Origin: Takakia lepidozioides
Lineage: Eukaryota; Plantae; Bryophyta
Direction: 5' to 3'
Assembly (NCBI GenBank): GCA_030704615.1
Contig: CM060733.1
Location: 68,882,001-68,946,000 of the forward strand
DNA length: 64,000 bases
The translations under genes were made by a program, and so were the position numbers. Positions 47,165-60,388 of the stretch are shown in pieces; position 1 is the stretch's first letter; each line of letters opens with the position of its first letter. A model generated the notes under the pieces. It searched no databases. It saw only the letters and a program-made list of their open reading frames with translations, and was not told the origin of the DNA.

Positions 47165-48180
47165 CCGAGCAACGTACGCATCTATGTTCATACAAACGAT
47201 GATGCCGAACCCATTGTATAGTCGACGGGACGGGAACATGCCTCACCGATACGACCAGTTCCACCACAATCCGAAAACCGGCCAAGCTCCCCATCAACAC
47301 AGCGGACATTAAGGAGCAACAGGGTTGATCTGTTTTCAACACGCACGCATTATTCTGCTGCATTGGACCGGACGAAAGTTGGAGCCTCAGATGATGACAA
47401 CCTGCCACTACAATTCCACCTTAACCGACGTGTTGTGCAGCAGACCCGTGGTTCCTCACATGCCGGACCATCTAATGCCAGTCTATCTCAGGCACAGTCC
47501 TTTCCGAGACCTCCTTCGAGACCTCCTTCGAGACCACCTTTGAATGCATCCTAACTCCATAAACGATAGAGAACAATCCAGCCTTTTGTAGGCGATCGGC
47601 CCACAAACAGGCCAGATACCGTGGATGGTATTCAAGACCGAAGTGGGAATCGACCTCAAAGAGAACTAAATGTGGTTCGAGGTTGCTTACAGGTTCAAAG
47701 GCCTGGACATGGGAGGTCGGATAGGGAGGACGATTCCAACACTGATAATGGCAATGGTGCTGAAGTCAAGGGGGACTTGGATTATCAGCCCATCGGAGCA
47801 TCAAGATTAAGATCTTCTTCGTCCCGTCATCGAAGCAGGAGGAGGAATTGAAGCAAACAACTTTAGGCATCCAGCAGCACATTTTGGTGGACATGTTTAC
47901 ATTTCTGTAATGAAGCAATACTTGTGTGTTCCTTGTCACTATGAATACTTGTATTGGTGTTGTGTATGTCTTGGGAAATAAAAGATGTTGCCCATGTGTA
48001 TACCACCCAAAATGTCGGCGAAGGCATCGTCACTTGCTCATGTTTGTGTTTGGTGCTTTGCTTTTGTAATAAGAAACAATTGTGCCAATGCGTACAACTC
48101 TACAGAAAATTGTCGGTTGTCGGTTGTCGGTTGTAGGTGTCATGGCGGTCACATCGACTTGGTTTTTTTTGGTGAAAATG

Positions 48181-49410
48181 GAGCGACCGCCAATATGGCG
48201 GTCGCTACCAAATATTATATTATATTAAAAGAATCGGCGGTCCCTTGCAATTATATTATTATTGAAATGGAGCGACCGCCAGTGGCTGTCGCTTCCATTT
48301 CATTTTTAAAAAAATGAAGCGGTCGCTTTTCCTTTTATTTATTTATAAACGCAGCGACCGCCATTACTCGCGGTCGCTTTTATTTTATTGTTTTTGTAAA
48401 TGCAGTGACCGCCATTACTGGTGGTCGCTTATATATAATTCTTTTGTAAATGCAGCGACCCCATTAATGGCGGCCGCTTCGAGGTTTTTATTTTTTTTAA
48501 ATGTAGCGACCGCCATTACTGCCAGTCGCTTTTATTTTTTATTTTTCTAAATAGAGCGACCGTCATTACTGGTGGTCGCTTTCTTTTTGTTTAGTTTTAT
48601 AAATTCGTCGACCGCCATTACTAGCGGTCGCTTTTATTTATTTGCTCTTAAATAGAGCGACCGCCAGTAATGGCGGTCGCTATTATTTTTTATTTTTCTA
48701 GATAGAGCGACCGTCAATAGTGGCGGTCGCTTGTATATTTTTGTTTTTTTTTAATGCAGCGACCGCCATTACTGGCGGTCGTTTTTACTGTCATTTGTCA
48801 TTACTGGTTGTCCCTTGTATTTTTTATTTTTTTAAATAGAGCGACCGCCACTACTGGTGGTCGTATTTTTTAATCTATTCTAAAATAGAGCAACCGCCAT
48901 TAGTGGCGGTCGTTTTTTTTTTAATTTATTTTAAAATAGAGCGACAGCCAGTAATGGCGATCATTTTTTTTTGTTTTTTGTAAATAGAGCGACCGCCATT
49001 ACTGGCGGTCGCTTTTGTTTTTTATTTTTTTAAATAGAGCGACCGCCATTACTGACAGTCGCTTTTATTCCTTATTTGCTTAAATAGACCGGTAATGGCG
49101 GTCGCTTGTACTTTTGTTTATTTTTAAATAGAACGACCGCCTGTAATGGCGGTTGCTTTTTTATTTTATTTTTTTAAATAGAGCGACCGCCATTACTGGC
49201 GGTCGCTTGTATATTTTTAATTTCTTAAAATGCAGCGACCGCTTGTAATGGCGGTCGCTTTTATTGTTTATTTTCTTAAATAGAGTGACCGCCATTACTG
49301 GCGGTCATTTTTATTTATTTATTTTTGTAAATGCAGCGACCGCTATTACTGGCGGTCGTTTTAATTTTTTTTTTGGAAAAAAAACGATCGCCAAGGTGGC
49401 GGTCGCTTCT
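48181..49410. repeat. Array of ~22 hairpin palindromes GCGACCGCCA-TTAC-TGGCGGTCGC at ~50-bp period with A/T-rich spacers
   Basis: Directly visible; the loop occurs as TTAC or GTAA (both orientations); spacers are poly-T/A tracts. Confidence 0.92.
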
Positions 49411-49867
49411 AGAAGGTCCCTGCGTGCGGCCCGTGGAATTTGGGGAGGGGGGGAGGGCTTATAAGCCAAAAGAGGCTCATTTTCCCCTCACTTCCTCTCC
49501 ACACAACTTCTGTGTGTGTGACATGTAACTATTCCACGACACGTAGTTACGTGGAGAAGGAGGCCATTGGCTGCTGGGGGAGTTTTTTGCCGCGATTTCA
49601 ATGAAGTCGTTGCAGAATGCTCCCATAGCCCCTCCTCTGACTTCCGGGATCATTTCTTTCTACATATTTAGCTTTTAAGAACGATTATGGCAATTATTCA
49701 AAGCCGTTTCGGGTTTAGGGTTTAGGGTCAATAGTAATTCCTCTCTCGAGATCGCCATGTGTTTACATGTCCTTTAGTTCTTAGCTATTTCCACGTTTGC
49801 TTCAGTAGTGTTTAACTATCCATTACTTATTATTAAACGTCGTCAGGATTGCTCCGATTGTTACAAA

Positions 49868-52281
49868 ATGGCAGAGGACCAGGACGATGAGCTTCATGGA
49901 AGAGATGACCCCTATGAATATGGACCGCCCCCTAAGAAAATGAAAGGGTCATGGCATGACTTGAATTGGGAAGTATATGATGACCCTAGCATACTAGCAG
50001 AAGAGGGCTGGGAGGATGTTCCGGAAGACTTCAAGTGGCCGATGGTGAGATGCAAAAAATTCATGAGATGGTGTCACATCAATCGATTGTGGCCTAGACC
50101 TAGGCATGAGGTGCAAACCAGAAATAATTACGCGGAGTCCAAGTCTTGCATGAACTTGCATTTCCAGCATAGGGCGACTGAGGTGCATTGCACATTGTGG
50201 GGTCAACCTCTCTTAAAAGGGGGCCAAATCCCGTACACCTTGGAAGCCATGTTGTACGTGGAGGGCATACTGTTGCATCCAGTGAATTGGCAAACTGCTA
50301 GTAGGAGGAACGCAACGATGCAATACGATTTGGAGTACATCCCAAACACGTTCGGAACATCCCCGACTACGATACTGGGCGTGCGCGAGGCACCAACACC
50401 CCAGGCTATGATAATGGGCATGCCCGAGGCCCCGGTGCAACAAGTATCTGGAAATTCAGAGGAACAACTGGTGGAAACAAAACAGCGAATCGGGACCCTG
50501 GAGGACCTTGTGGAATGACAAAGATTGCGCATAGCCGAGTTGGAGGGTGCATTGCAAAACATGCCTCGAAACAATGAAGGCACTGTCCACAATGAGGTTC
50601 GAACGAACGACGTGGACATGGCCGCGGAGTTTACAATGTCTGACCGCAGTATTGACCGCATCATTGCCGGAATTACGGACGTCCTTGACCTTGAGGCCGA
50701 TGAAACCATGGTTGAGGAACAACAAATTTTTTGATGAGAGAAGGAGAAAAAGAAAAGATCCAGTACTGAAAACCGGGGAATGCTCGAGGGTAGCCATTCA
50801 ATCCGATACCATGGATGATGTCGATCGTGTTACAAGGCAGCGGGACATTGTCATGGCAACTGCATGGCGGTTGTAAAAAACATTGGAGATTCAGGCATGG
50901 ATCCCATTGAATGGCGATTGGGAGAATTGGGTACAATGGGTGACCCAGTTGGTCTCCAGAGAAGCACGGGTAGAGCGGGCACTGTCAGCCTTGCAACGTG
51001 TCGCACGCATGTCAAACCGTAGCGTAGATAGCATTTATGATAACATACAAAGGTATAACGATCTCCGCAACGCATCAAACATGTTTGTCGGGTATATCAA
51101 CTGGGCAGATGTGGAATCTATGTTCGATCGATGTGAGCACAAAATTTCGGGATCGAACTGAAGTATATACTGGGAATTGGAGATAGAGGAGGAGTGGGAC
51201 ACCACAACAAGGATAAACAGCCATATCAACGCGGCCGAGAGGGAAGAGATACCACGAGGCATTTTGCCGTCATGGATATCAGATGACACAATTTGTTCGA
51301 TGTGCAAGAATCCATACGACCCAAAGTGATGTCAGGTGCTTGGATCATGTGGACATATGTTCTATCTCACATGTCTTATCTCGCAATCCTTGCGGATGAG
51401 CGCTTGCCGAGAATGTCGTACACCAATCCATCGCCGTTTCTATGAGCTGGTAGGCTTGGAGGAAAGGATGCACATAGGTTTTGAATACAATCGACACAAC
51501 CTCCCATTGGATGGGCAACCATTTACATTTTTGAATTGTGTGCATTGGGGCAAAAACTTATTATGGGATGCAGACAGAGAAATGCATGTCATGCATGCCA
51601 AAAACCCGACATACATTAAAGATCCCCAGTATTTATGAGTCACATTTGACTGAGAGATAACTGTACGTGCGGGAGGCATTCCCGATTGGTGGTAGAAAGA
51701 ACAATTTTGCCGCAATTTGGGAGGGCATTGGAGTGAGAGAAGGTCCAGGTTTATCCGGCTCCCACAGGTTCCATGGGTGCTGGAGGAGAATGAATTGTAT
51801 AACTTAGAACCGATTGGAAGACATTTGTTGTTGTCCGAACTGGAAAATGTTATAATATGTCAACCCGAATGAATGAGGTGTATGAGGCGGCTTATCGTCA
51901 AAACGACACAATGATTAGGACAGGGCCCGCGAGAGGCAGTTGAAAAGTTTCAAGGGTACCATCAAGGCAGTTGTAGAGGAATGAAGGCGACTATGGATAG
52001 ACCGTTATCGTCGTGTTTTGGGGGCTCTATTGTCGAATGTGGACGGCATCGTTGTCGATTTGCATGCAGCTCGAGCACTTGCTGTCGATCCACCTCCGCC
52101 ACGTCGTGATAGTCAAGAAGAAAGTCAACTTTCGCCGCGAAGTAGGCGGATGCTGGTCAGAATTGATCACATGTCATTGGGCCCCTCATTGACCACGAGA
52201 TCACGGTCGCAAGCTCTCCGTACTGGCAGTGCAAATCAGGCCACAACATCACATCCCTTGTCCTCGGACAGTGACGACTAG
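49868..52281 (+). pseudogene. Decayed intronless gene with coiled-coil and RING finger, probably transposon cargo
   Basis: Consecutive ORF fragments broken by stops and frameshifts; ICSMCKNPYDPK*CQVLGSCGHMFYLTCLISQSLRMSACRECRTPI at about 51290-51430. Confidence 0.65.
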
Positions 52282-52719
52282 GCTTTTAATGACTAACAAC
52301 GTAGTACATATACAATGTGGATTTTTGTTGTACCTTGAATTTCTGGAACACATTGATAGTACTCCGCCAATTTTGTATATGCACCAATTTTGTTAATACA
52401 CAATGCACATGTGTGGCACCTGCCAATTTCAATTGCATGAGCAGCGTTTTCTTCACATTTTCACTCGTGTGATGGGGAAGAAGTGGTTCACCCTGTAAAC
52501 AAATTTACAATGGTGTCATATTTGGTCATGACGTGTATGTGAGTATCTGCAATGAACTCCGAAAGCTCGAGAACAAGGAAAAATGATGTTAACCAATAAG
52601 TTATAACGAGTTACGAACGGTCGTCTTCTGAACAAATCTTGGCTAGTCTCGTATGTCATAATCATTTCGAAAAGTCTATTTACGTATGACGAACATACCC
52701 ACAAAGTTCTCGAAGCACA

Positions 52720-55660
52720 AAATAATTTCGATTGATCTCATATTACTCTGGGACCTGTTAGATTGTACTGTCAAGTTAAATAAGCACAGTGTGAAAACAG
52801 CTAGAATAAAACTAGTTATTTGTATTTAACACTTGGATTTAGGTCAAGTGTTAAATCAGGTGTCAAGTTTAGTTTGACACCTGGTCCGTCTTATCTTCAC
52901 GAGAGCGGCAGTCGTTTGGCTCATCTTTCTCGAGTTGAGCCTGCGCGACCGAGCTCCTGCATGCGTTTAGAGCTGTGTGTGCTTATGATGGGAGTGTAGG
53001 TTGTTGTGGGGTAGAGTCCCCATAGCTTGGGGTGCCCCTGGCTCGACTTCTATTTAAAGAGTGATGTTGTTGGATTCATGTTGTTTCTTGTGTGAACAGT
53101 GTGTCCTTAGCTGTGTAGCGATATGTATGCGCACGACAGTACGTTGAACATGATAGCCAAGTCTCGAAGCGAACGAAAATCATTTGGATGGGCAACCATC
53201 CGTTGGCCCATTGTACAAATTTTGATTGATCTTATATTACTCTGGGACCTCTTAGATGGTACATTGAACATACTGGCCAAGTCTCGAAGCGATCCAAAAT
53301 CATTTCGATGGGCAACCATCTGTTGAGTCATTCAATGAATTTCGATTGATCTCATTTTAGTCCGCGATCTCTGAGAGAGTGTACCAAACGTACTGACAAA
53401 GTTTGAAAGCAAACAAAAATGATATGGATGCGCAACTATCCGTTCACCCGTTGAATGAATGCTGGTTCATCTATTATTACTGTGGGACTTGTTGGACTAC
53501 GTTTCGTGTGCTCATGATTTTATTTTTTTTATTCCATTTTTTAACCTTATGTGTAATGACGACATATGCAATGTGCGTGCCAAATTTGGGAGTGAATAAT
53601 ATTCATTTGGACCCAAAACCACAGTTTTTTCCCTGTTTTGCACTCCAACCTCGATTTTTTTTCTACTTCATGCACACTTCATAGAGAGTTCTGCAATAGT
53701 GAGTGAAGAGAACATTTATTTTTTTCAATTTTTGTTTGGTCCAAATTTTGGTAGGGATGTAGCGGTGGGAGGCTTGAAGTCGCATAACAAAATTGAGCCA
53801 AGAATAAAATCGATACGTAGGAGAAATCCCCAATCAAAGGCAATGTAAACCTAATTATTGCCTTCAAATTCATTTAAATTCAATTAAATTCCCGAATTGG
53901 TTGAGGGGTGAACGCGTCGATGGGGAGGCAAATGATTTTTTCTCTTGTTGTGTCTCTGCACATGTGTCGCACACATGTTCAAGCACATGCGGGCAAAAGA
54001 TGGGCTTCAACCACATCCGTTCAATGGGTGCAATAGCCGTGCACGCATTGCAGGATTTTTTTTCCGCAATGAATAAAATTGGATGACAGGTGAACGCCTC
54101 ATTGGCCCATCGAACGAATTTCGATTGGTCTCATATTACTCTAGGACCTGTCAGATGGTACGTTGAACAATGTTGGCCAAGTCTTGAAGCGAACGAAAAT
54201 AATTTGGATGGGCAACCATCCGTTGGCCCATTGTATGAATTTTGATTGATCTCATATTACTCTGGCCAAGTCTCAAAGCGATCCAAAATCAGTTCGATGG
54301 GCAACCATCCGTTGAGCCATTCAATGAATTTCGATTGATCTCATATTAATCCGCGACCTGTGAGAGGGTGTACCAAACGTACTGGCAAAGTTTGAAAGCA
54401 AACAAAAATAATTTGGATCGGCAACCATCCGTTCACCTGTTGAATGAATGCTGGTTCATCTGCTATTACTATGGGACCTGTTGGACTGCGTTTCGCGTGC
54501 TCATGATTTTTTTTTAAATTCTATTTTTTAACCTTATGTATAATGATGACATATGCAATGTGCGTGCCAAATTTGGGAGTGAACAATATTCATTTGGACC
54601 CAAAACCACAGTTTCTTCCCTGTTTTGTACTCCAAACTTGATTTGTGTTCTACTTCATGCACGCTTCATAGAGAGTTCTGCAATAGTGAGCGAATATATA
54701 AATAAATAAATATTGTTTGGTCCAAATTTTGGCAGGGATGTAGCGGTGGGAGGCTTGAAGCCGCATAAAAAAATTGAGCCAAAAATAAAATCGATACGTA
54801 GCATAAACCCCCAATCAAAGGCAGTGTAAACCTAATTATTGCCTTCAAATTCATTTAAATTCAAGTAAATTCTCGAATTGGTTGAGAGGTGAGCGTGTCG
54901 ATGGGGAGGCAAATGATTTTTTTTTTTTTTTTTTTTTTTTTTCTGTTGTGTCTCCGCACATGTATCGCATATATGTCCGAGCACATGCGGATAAAATGTG
55001 GGCTTCAACCACATCCGTTCAATGGGTGCAATAGCCGTGCACGCATTGCAGGATTTGTTTTTTGCAATGAACAAAATTGGATGACAGGTGAACGCTTCAT
55101 TGGCCCATTGAACAAATTTCGATTGGTCTCATGTTACTCTGGGACCTGTCAGATGGTACGTTGAACATGCTGGCCAAGTCTCGAAGCGAACGAAAATCAT
55201 TTGGATGGGCAACCATCCGTTGGCCCATTGTACGAATTTCGATTGATCTCATATTACTCTGGGACCTCTTAGATGGTACATTGAACATACCGGCCAAGTC
55301 TCAAAGCGATCCAAAATCATTTCGATGGGCAACCATCCGTTGAGCCAACGAAATTCATGTTGGCCCATTGGACGATTTTCGTTTCATCTCATATTAGTCT
55401 GGGACCTCTTAGATGGTACATTGAACATACTGGCCAAGTCTCAAAGCGAACCAAAATCATTTCGATGGGCAAGCATCCGTTGAGCCATCGAATGAATTTC
55501 GTTTGATCTCATATTAGTCTGGGACCTGATACATGATATGTTGAAAATAATGGTGCCCAAAGATTGAAAGCAAACGAAATTCATTTGGATGGTCAACCAT
55601 TCGATCGCCTATTGAATGAATTTCGTTTCGTCTCATATTAGACCGGGACCTATTACATGG
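52720..55660. repeat. ~124-bp tandem repeat family nested in a ~1-kb higher-order tandem duplication
   Basis: Unit GATCTCATATTACTCTGGGACCT..AGATGGTAC.TTGAACAT..TGGCCAAGTCTC.AAGCGA...AAAATCATTT.GATGGGCAACCATCCGTTG; block ~53140-54120 recurs at ~54130-55120. Confidence 0.85.
52769..53138. mobile_element. Solo LTR (370 bp)
   Basis: TGTC...GACA ends, 4-bp TSD GTAC (52765-52768 / 53139-53142), cleanly interrupts one 124-bp unit; near-identical copy at 60044-60388. Confidence 0.85.
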
Positions 55661-55688
55661 TATGCCTTTTGAAGCTCTTTTTGTAGTG

Positions 55689-56717
55689 TCTCCTGCTTCG
55701 TAATGCAGTGCTTCTCTATGTCCACTTTTCCAACGTTGATGTTCTCCACCTAGAACAGATCCACACATGTGTACAGAAATCCTTAAATAACCAAATGACC
55801 ATCGAAACTTTTACAAGCCTCATCCCCAGCTTCAAGTTTTGATGGTCATTTGTTTTTTTAAGTATTTCTATACACATGTGTGGATCTGTTCCAGATGGAG
55901 AACATCAACGTTGGAAAAATAAGAGCTGGAGAAGCACCTCATTACGAAGCAAGAGATATTACAGAAGACCTCAGCATGTTGAACATTTGGACTTATGAAA
56001 TGAGCACATGTTTGTTGGTGGAAGTTAACGCGTCCTCGTCTCCCAACCATGTCTCATCCTGACGAGGCAAGATCATGCAAAGTAGTGAAGCCAAATCTTT
56101 ATAGACCCCAGACTAGTTTCGCTCAGCGCGTGAGCTCATCAGTGGGAAAGAAAAGGAATGAGATACAAACCCCACCCCCCGCTTATATACTACTAGGAGT
56201 GAACTGCCTCGTGTGGACAATCTTCCAGTGGATGTCTCGTGAGGAGAAAAACCATCCAACAGACGTCTCGTACGGAGGCCACATTGATGTACCGGGACTT
56301 GTTACATGGTATGTTGAATGTAGTGGCAAAGTTGAAGCAAACAAAAACCATTTGGATCGCCAATCATTCGAGAGGGAGGTGAATGATTCGATTGCCCATT
56401 GATCAAGCACCTTCATGGGTGCCCTGCCTTTTGAAGCTCGTTTTGTAGTGTCTTCTGCTTCGTAATGCGGTGCTTCTCCATGTCCTCTTTCTGGTGCCAT
56501 TCTCGATCTGGAAGAGATCCACAGGTGTATAGAAATCCTAAAAAAACCAAATAACCATCAAAATTTGAAGCCTCATTCCTGACCGCAAGTTCTCATTTTG
56601 ATGGTTATTTTATTTTTTAAGGATTTCTATACATGTCCGGATGTCTTACAGATCAAAAATGTCATCAAATTGGAAAAAGAAGAGCTAGACAAGCACCGCA
56701 TTACGAAGCAGAACACA
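55689..56717. repeat. Two related ~270-bp foldback (inverted-repeat) units
   Basis: 55689-55956 and 56449-56717 each begin TGCTTCGTAATGC.GTGCTT and end AAGCAC..CATTACGAAGCA, with complementary arms throughout. Confidence 0.75.
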
Positions 56718-57575
56718 TTATATAAGACCTCAGCATGTTCAAGATTTGGATGATGTCATATGAACCATTTTGTTCGTCACTTGAAGCGCTTCTGAAATGA
56801 TCTCATGTTTGTTGGTGGGAGGCTGTAGGTAACGCGTCCTCGTCTGCCAATCATATCTCCCCGTAGGCCACATTGATCTCGTACTAGTCCAAGACTCCCG
56901 CAGGTCACATGGAACGGTTCATGTGATACATTTTTACAAATGCGATGTGATACATTTGTGAAATGGTATCACATCAACCGTTTAATGTGGCCAATGCACC
57001 TCTTCTGCACTATGGCGGAAATGTTTGCCACTTGAAGGCACTAACACAAATAATCCGTGCAAACAATCTCAAGAATCATATGTACTGCAAGGTGTTTCAT
57101 ACTGCCGATGTTCATGTAGTTGATTTCTTTAGGAATCGTTTTGCTACTCCCATGCCAACAACATCAGGTCCACTAGGATTGCCATATTCCGAATTCCGTA
57201 TCAGCCACCACGGACATGAAACCAAATCTCCAATTCATTCTATTTATGGTGGGCCGTGGCTGGCCGGGGTGGCTGATACGTTCGTTTGAACATGACAGTC
57301 TCAGAGGACCTGATGTTGTTGGCATGGGAATAGCAAAAAGAGTACTACAGAATAAAGCTAGAGGAACAACAATAGCATCAAACACCTTACCGTAAATATG
57401 ATTGTTGACATTGTTGTGACAGCTCCAATCAATAGAGAACTCGCACCATCAGTTGTAACTTGCACTCCAGCAGCAGTACCGGTCCCCCGAGTAAATAAAG
57501 TTCTGTTGTAAATAATAAATTGCATACGCTCGAACCTCACAGATGTCATTTCAACAAAACCGGCCGTGTACTGTG

Positions 57576-57958
57576 TCACTGTTTGTATGTTCCAATGTTC
57601 CAACGTTTCTGATAGGGTTATGAGAAAAATAATGTATTGGTTCCGTAGGAGTTAGACAACTTACGTTCCATATCTCATTCTCATGTGCGACACTACCATA
57701 AGAGGCATGAGTCTGTAGGTAACAGGTGTACATGCGACCTCCGGACGTTCCAATAAACCATTTGCTGGACCTAGTATCGAACGTTCGGACTTCGGAGGTC
57801 GCATGTGCACATGTTACTTACAGACTCATGCCTCTCATGGTAGTGTCGCACATCTGAATGAGATGTGGGACGTTTGTTGTCTAACTCCTACGGAACTAAT
57901 ACATCATTTTCTCAGAACCCTATCAGAAACGTTGGAACATTACAAATATAAACAGTGA
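57576..57958. repeat. Long imperfect inverted repeat (~175-bp arms, ~30-nt loop)
   Basis: TTCCAACGTTTCTGATAGGGTT...GAGGCATGAGTCTGTA...CATGCGACCTCCG pairs with CGGAGGTCGCATG...TACAGACTCATGCCTC...AACCCTATCAGAAACGTTGGAA. Confidence 0.85.
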
Positions 57959-58169
57959 GACAATACACAAACCATTTATGTTGCGAACAGGTGCCAGGGT
58001 CGAGCATATACAATGTTTTCTTGGTGTTGTCGTACAACCTTTGTAGCATTGAATCCCAACAACATCCCGTAAATTGGTCCTCTAACATACTGGAATCATA
58101 ATGAGAGCTGCCATTTATTCGTACCGCTGTCTTCCCAACGGCAAAGGCCTCCGACGTCATGTCCTGGGG

Positions 58170-58702
58170 GGGGGGGGGGGGGGGATTCGCATTAAAAACC
58201 GATGCAATATCTTTTTCCATCCATCTTTTTGCGAGTTCCCGGTCCAGCTTGTCTTTTCAAACTGGTACGACGAGACTTTGCATATGTCCAATGGGGTGGC
58301 TAAGCCCCAATCACACACCCCAATCTTGATCTCCTCGGTGCCATCTGGAAAATACAACAAGATGTTGTCGGGGGACAAGTCGTTGTGCATGACACCGTTC
58401 TTATGGACATCATCCATGATGCACACCAGTGCGCATGCAAGTTTACTACGCACTTTCCGGAAACGAAGCAAGCAACCGCATTCTTGGAACTCTGCTTCCG
58501 TTTTTTTTTTTTTTTCCAATGCCCATTTTCTGTCAAGGTTCATCATGTCACGTATTGTCCCTCCATTCCACCAGCGAGTGTAACCCTCTACCTCACGTGC
58601 ATTCACAGCAAAATATGAGATAACACCCGGATGCTGGAACTTCACTGCCAAACGTTTTTTCTGGATTTTTGGACTTGGGGTTTTTTTCCCGCTAGCTCCC
58701 AA
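58170..58702 (-). pseudogene. Protein kinase domain fragment (intronless, truncated)
   Basis: FQHPGVI, VHKNGVMHNDLSPDNILL (catalytic loop), IGVCDWGLA (DFG equivalent); the ATP-binding lobe and C-terminus are missing. Confidence 0.8.
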
Positions 58703-59149
58703 CTCTTCGGTATTTTAGAATCGCCAAACAAATCCTTGAGTCAGGTGGTTGTCAGGTAATGGGCACTGTGTCCAAAGGAGCTAACTCGGGAGGTCCAGAT
58801 GATGTCACTGAACTCCCCTCGCTCACCTATGGAAAGGCCTCCTGCCATGCTTGGTGCACACAGTCGCCTGCTATTCGATGCAAATTCCCAGCCGTACCCC
58901 ACAGTGGAATATGCATAGGCACATGAGGAAGCAATTCAGCCTTGTATGCCAATTGCTTGTCCTTATCAGGTGGTGGCCTATCATCTGCATGGCTATTGCC
59001 CTCCAAGAGCTCACCACCCCAAGCCACCACCCCAAGCCACCACCCCTGAGAATGCAGCCAATGTGGGCATCATGTTCCTATGATCCTAAGGGGCCAGCTG
59101 ATTGTCCAACTCTTACTCATGACAAGAACTTCACTTCCAACAGATCCTG

Positions 59150-59910
59150 AAAGACATCAAGATGGGGGACCATCTCACTCCAGAGCAGACCGTTCACTTA
59201 TATGAATTCATTCAACGCAACCTGGACATCTTTAGCAAGGGGCCCCATGATTTGGGCAGGACTGACATTCTTCAGCACGACATTGTCACTGAAGGTAAGC
59301 CCATTAAACAGTATTCCTACCGTGAGAGTGTTCGAGAACGAAAAGTCATCCAAGAGGAAATCTCTCGCATGCTTGATGCAGGTGTGATTACTTCTTCTAG
59401 ATATTTCACCTTGGGCCAGTCCGATCGTTTTAGTGGGCAAAAATGATGGGTCAACCCGTTTCTGTGTTGATTTTTGCCGTTTGAATGCTATTACTAAGAA
59501 AGACGTCTACCCTTTGCCAGGCATCAATGAGACTCTAGACCAATTGAATGGTGCTACCATCTTCTCTTCGTTGGATCTAGCAGCTGGTTCTTGACAGGTG
59601 CCTTTGACCTCTGCTGCCAAAGAAAAAATGGCCTTCACCTGCAGGATGGGCATGTATTAGTTTGAAATGATGCCTTTTGGGCTTTGTAATGCCACGGCTA
59701 CTTTCCAAAGGCATATGGATGTCGTGTTAGATAACCTACGGTGGGAATGTGCACTTGTCTACATTGATGACATCTATGTTTATTCTACCACTTTCGAAGC
59801 TCACATGTTGGACTTGCAAAGGGTGGTGTGCAGACTCAGAGCTGTAGGCCTCAAGATTAAAACTGAGAAGTGTGACTTTTGCATAGAGCAGTTGCACTTC
59901 CTTGGCCATT
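59150..59910 (+). mobile_element. Ty3/Gypsy reverse transcriptase pseudogene
   Basis: [81 protein letters not shown]; stops and a frameshift. Confidence 0.93.
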
Positions 59911-60043
59911 GGTGGTGGACAAACTGCGAGCATACAAGCCAAAATTGGAACTGAGGAAGGTCAGAAACTATGGATCTACAATCGGAGGTGGGATTTGGAG
60001 AGGCTCTCACCACCATTGGGCTATGTGCTGAAATTCAATGAGA

Positions 60044-60388
60044 TGTCAAGTTAAATAAGCACAGTGTGAAAACAGCTAGAATAAAACTAGTTATTTGTAT
60101 TTAACACTTGGATTTAGGTCAAGTGTTAAATCAGGTGTCAAGTTTAGTTTGACACCTGGTTCGTCTTATCTTCACGAGAGCGGCAGTCGCTTGGCTCATC
60201 TTTCTCGAGTTGAGCCTGCGCGACCGAGCTCCTGCATGCGTTTAGAGCTGTGTGTGCTTATGATGGGAGTGTAGGTTGTTGTGGGGTGGAGTCCCCATAG
60301 CTTGGGGTGCCCCTGGCTCGACTTCTATTTTAAAGAGTGATGCTGTTGGATTCATGTTGTTTCTTGTGTGAACAGTGTGTCCTTAGCT
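60044..60388. mobile_element. Truncated LTR of the same family as 52769-53138
   Basis: Near-identical from TGTCAAGTTAAATAAG to GTGTCCTTAGCT, then diverges and lacks the last ~25 bp. Confidence 0.8.

Noticed and set aside
48181-49410. CRISPR array
   Set aside because: Spacers are low-complexity A/T tracts, repeats flip orientation and vary, and there are no cas genes.
52769-60388. One intact LTR retrotransposon bounded by the two LTR copies
   Set aside because: The first LTR has its own TSD on both sides (solo LTR), the second is truncated, and the interior is mostly unrelated repeats.
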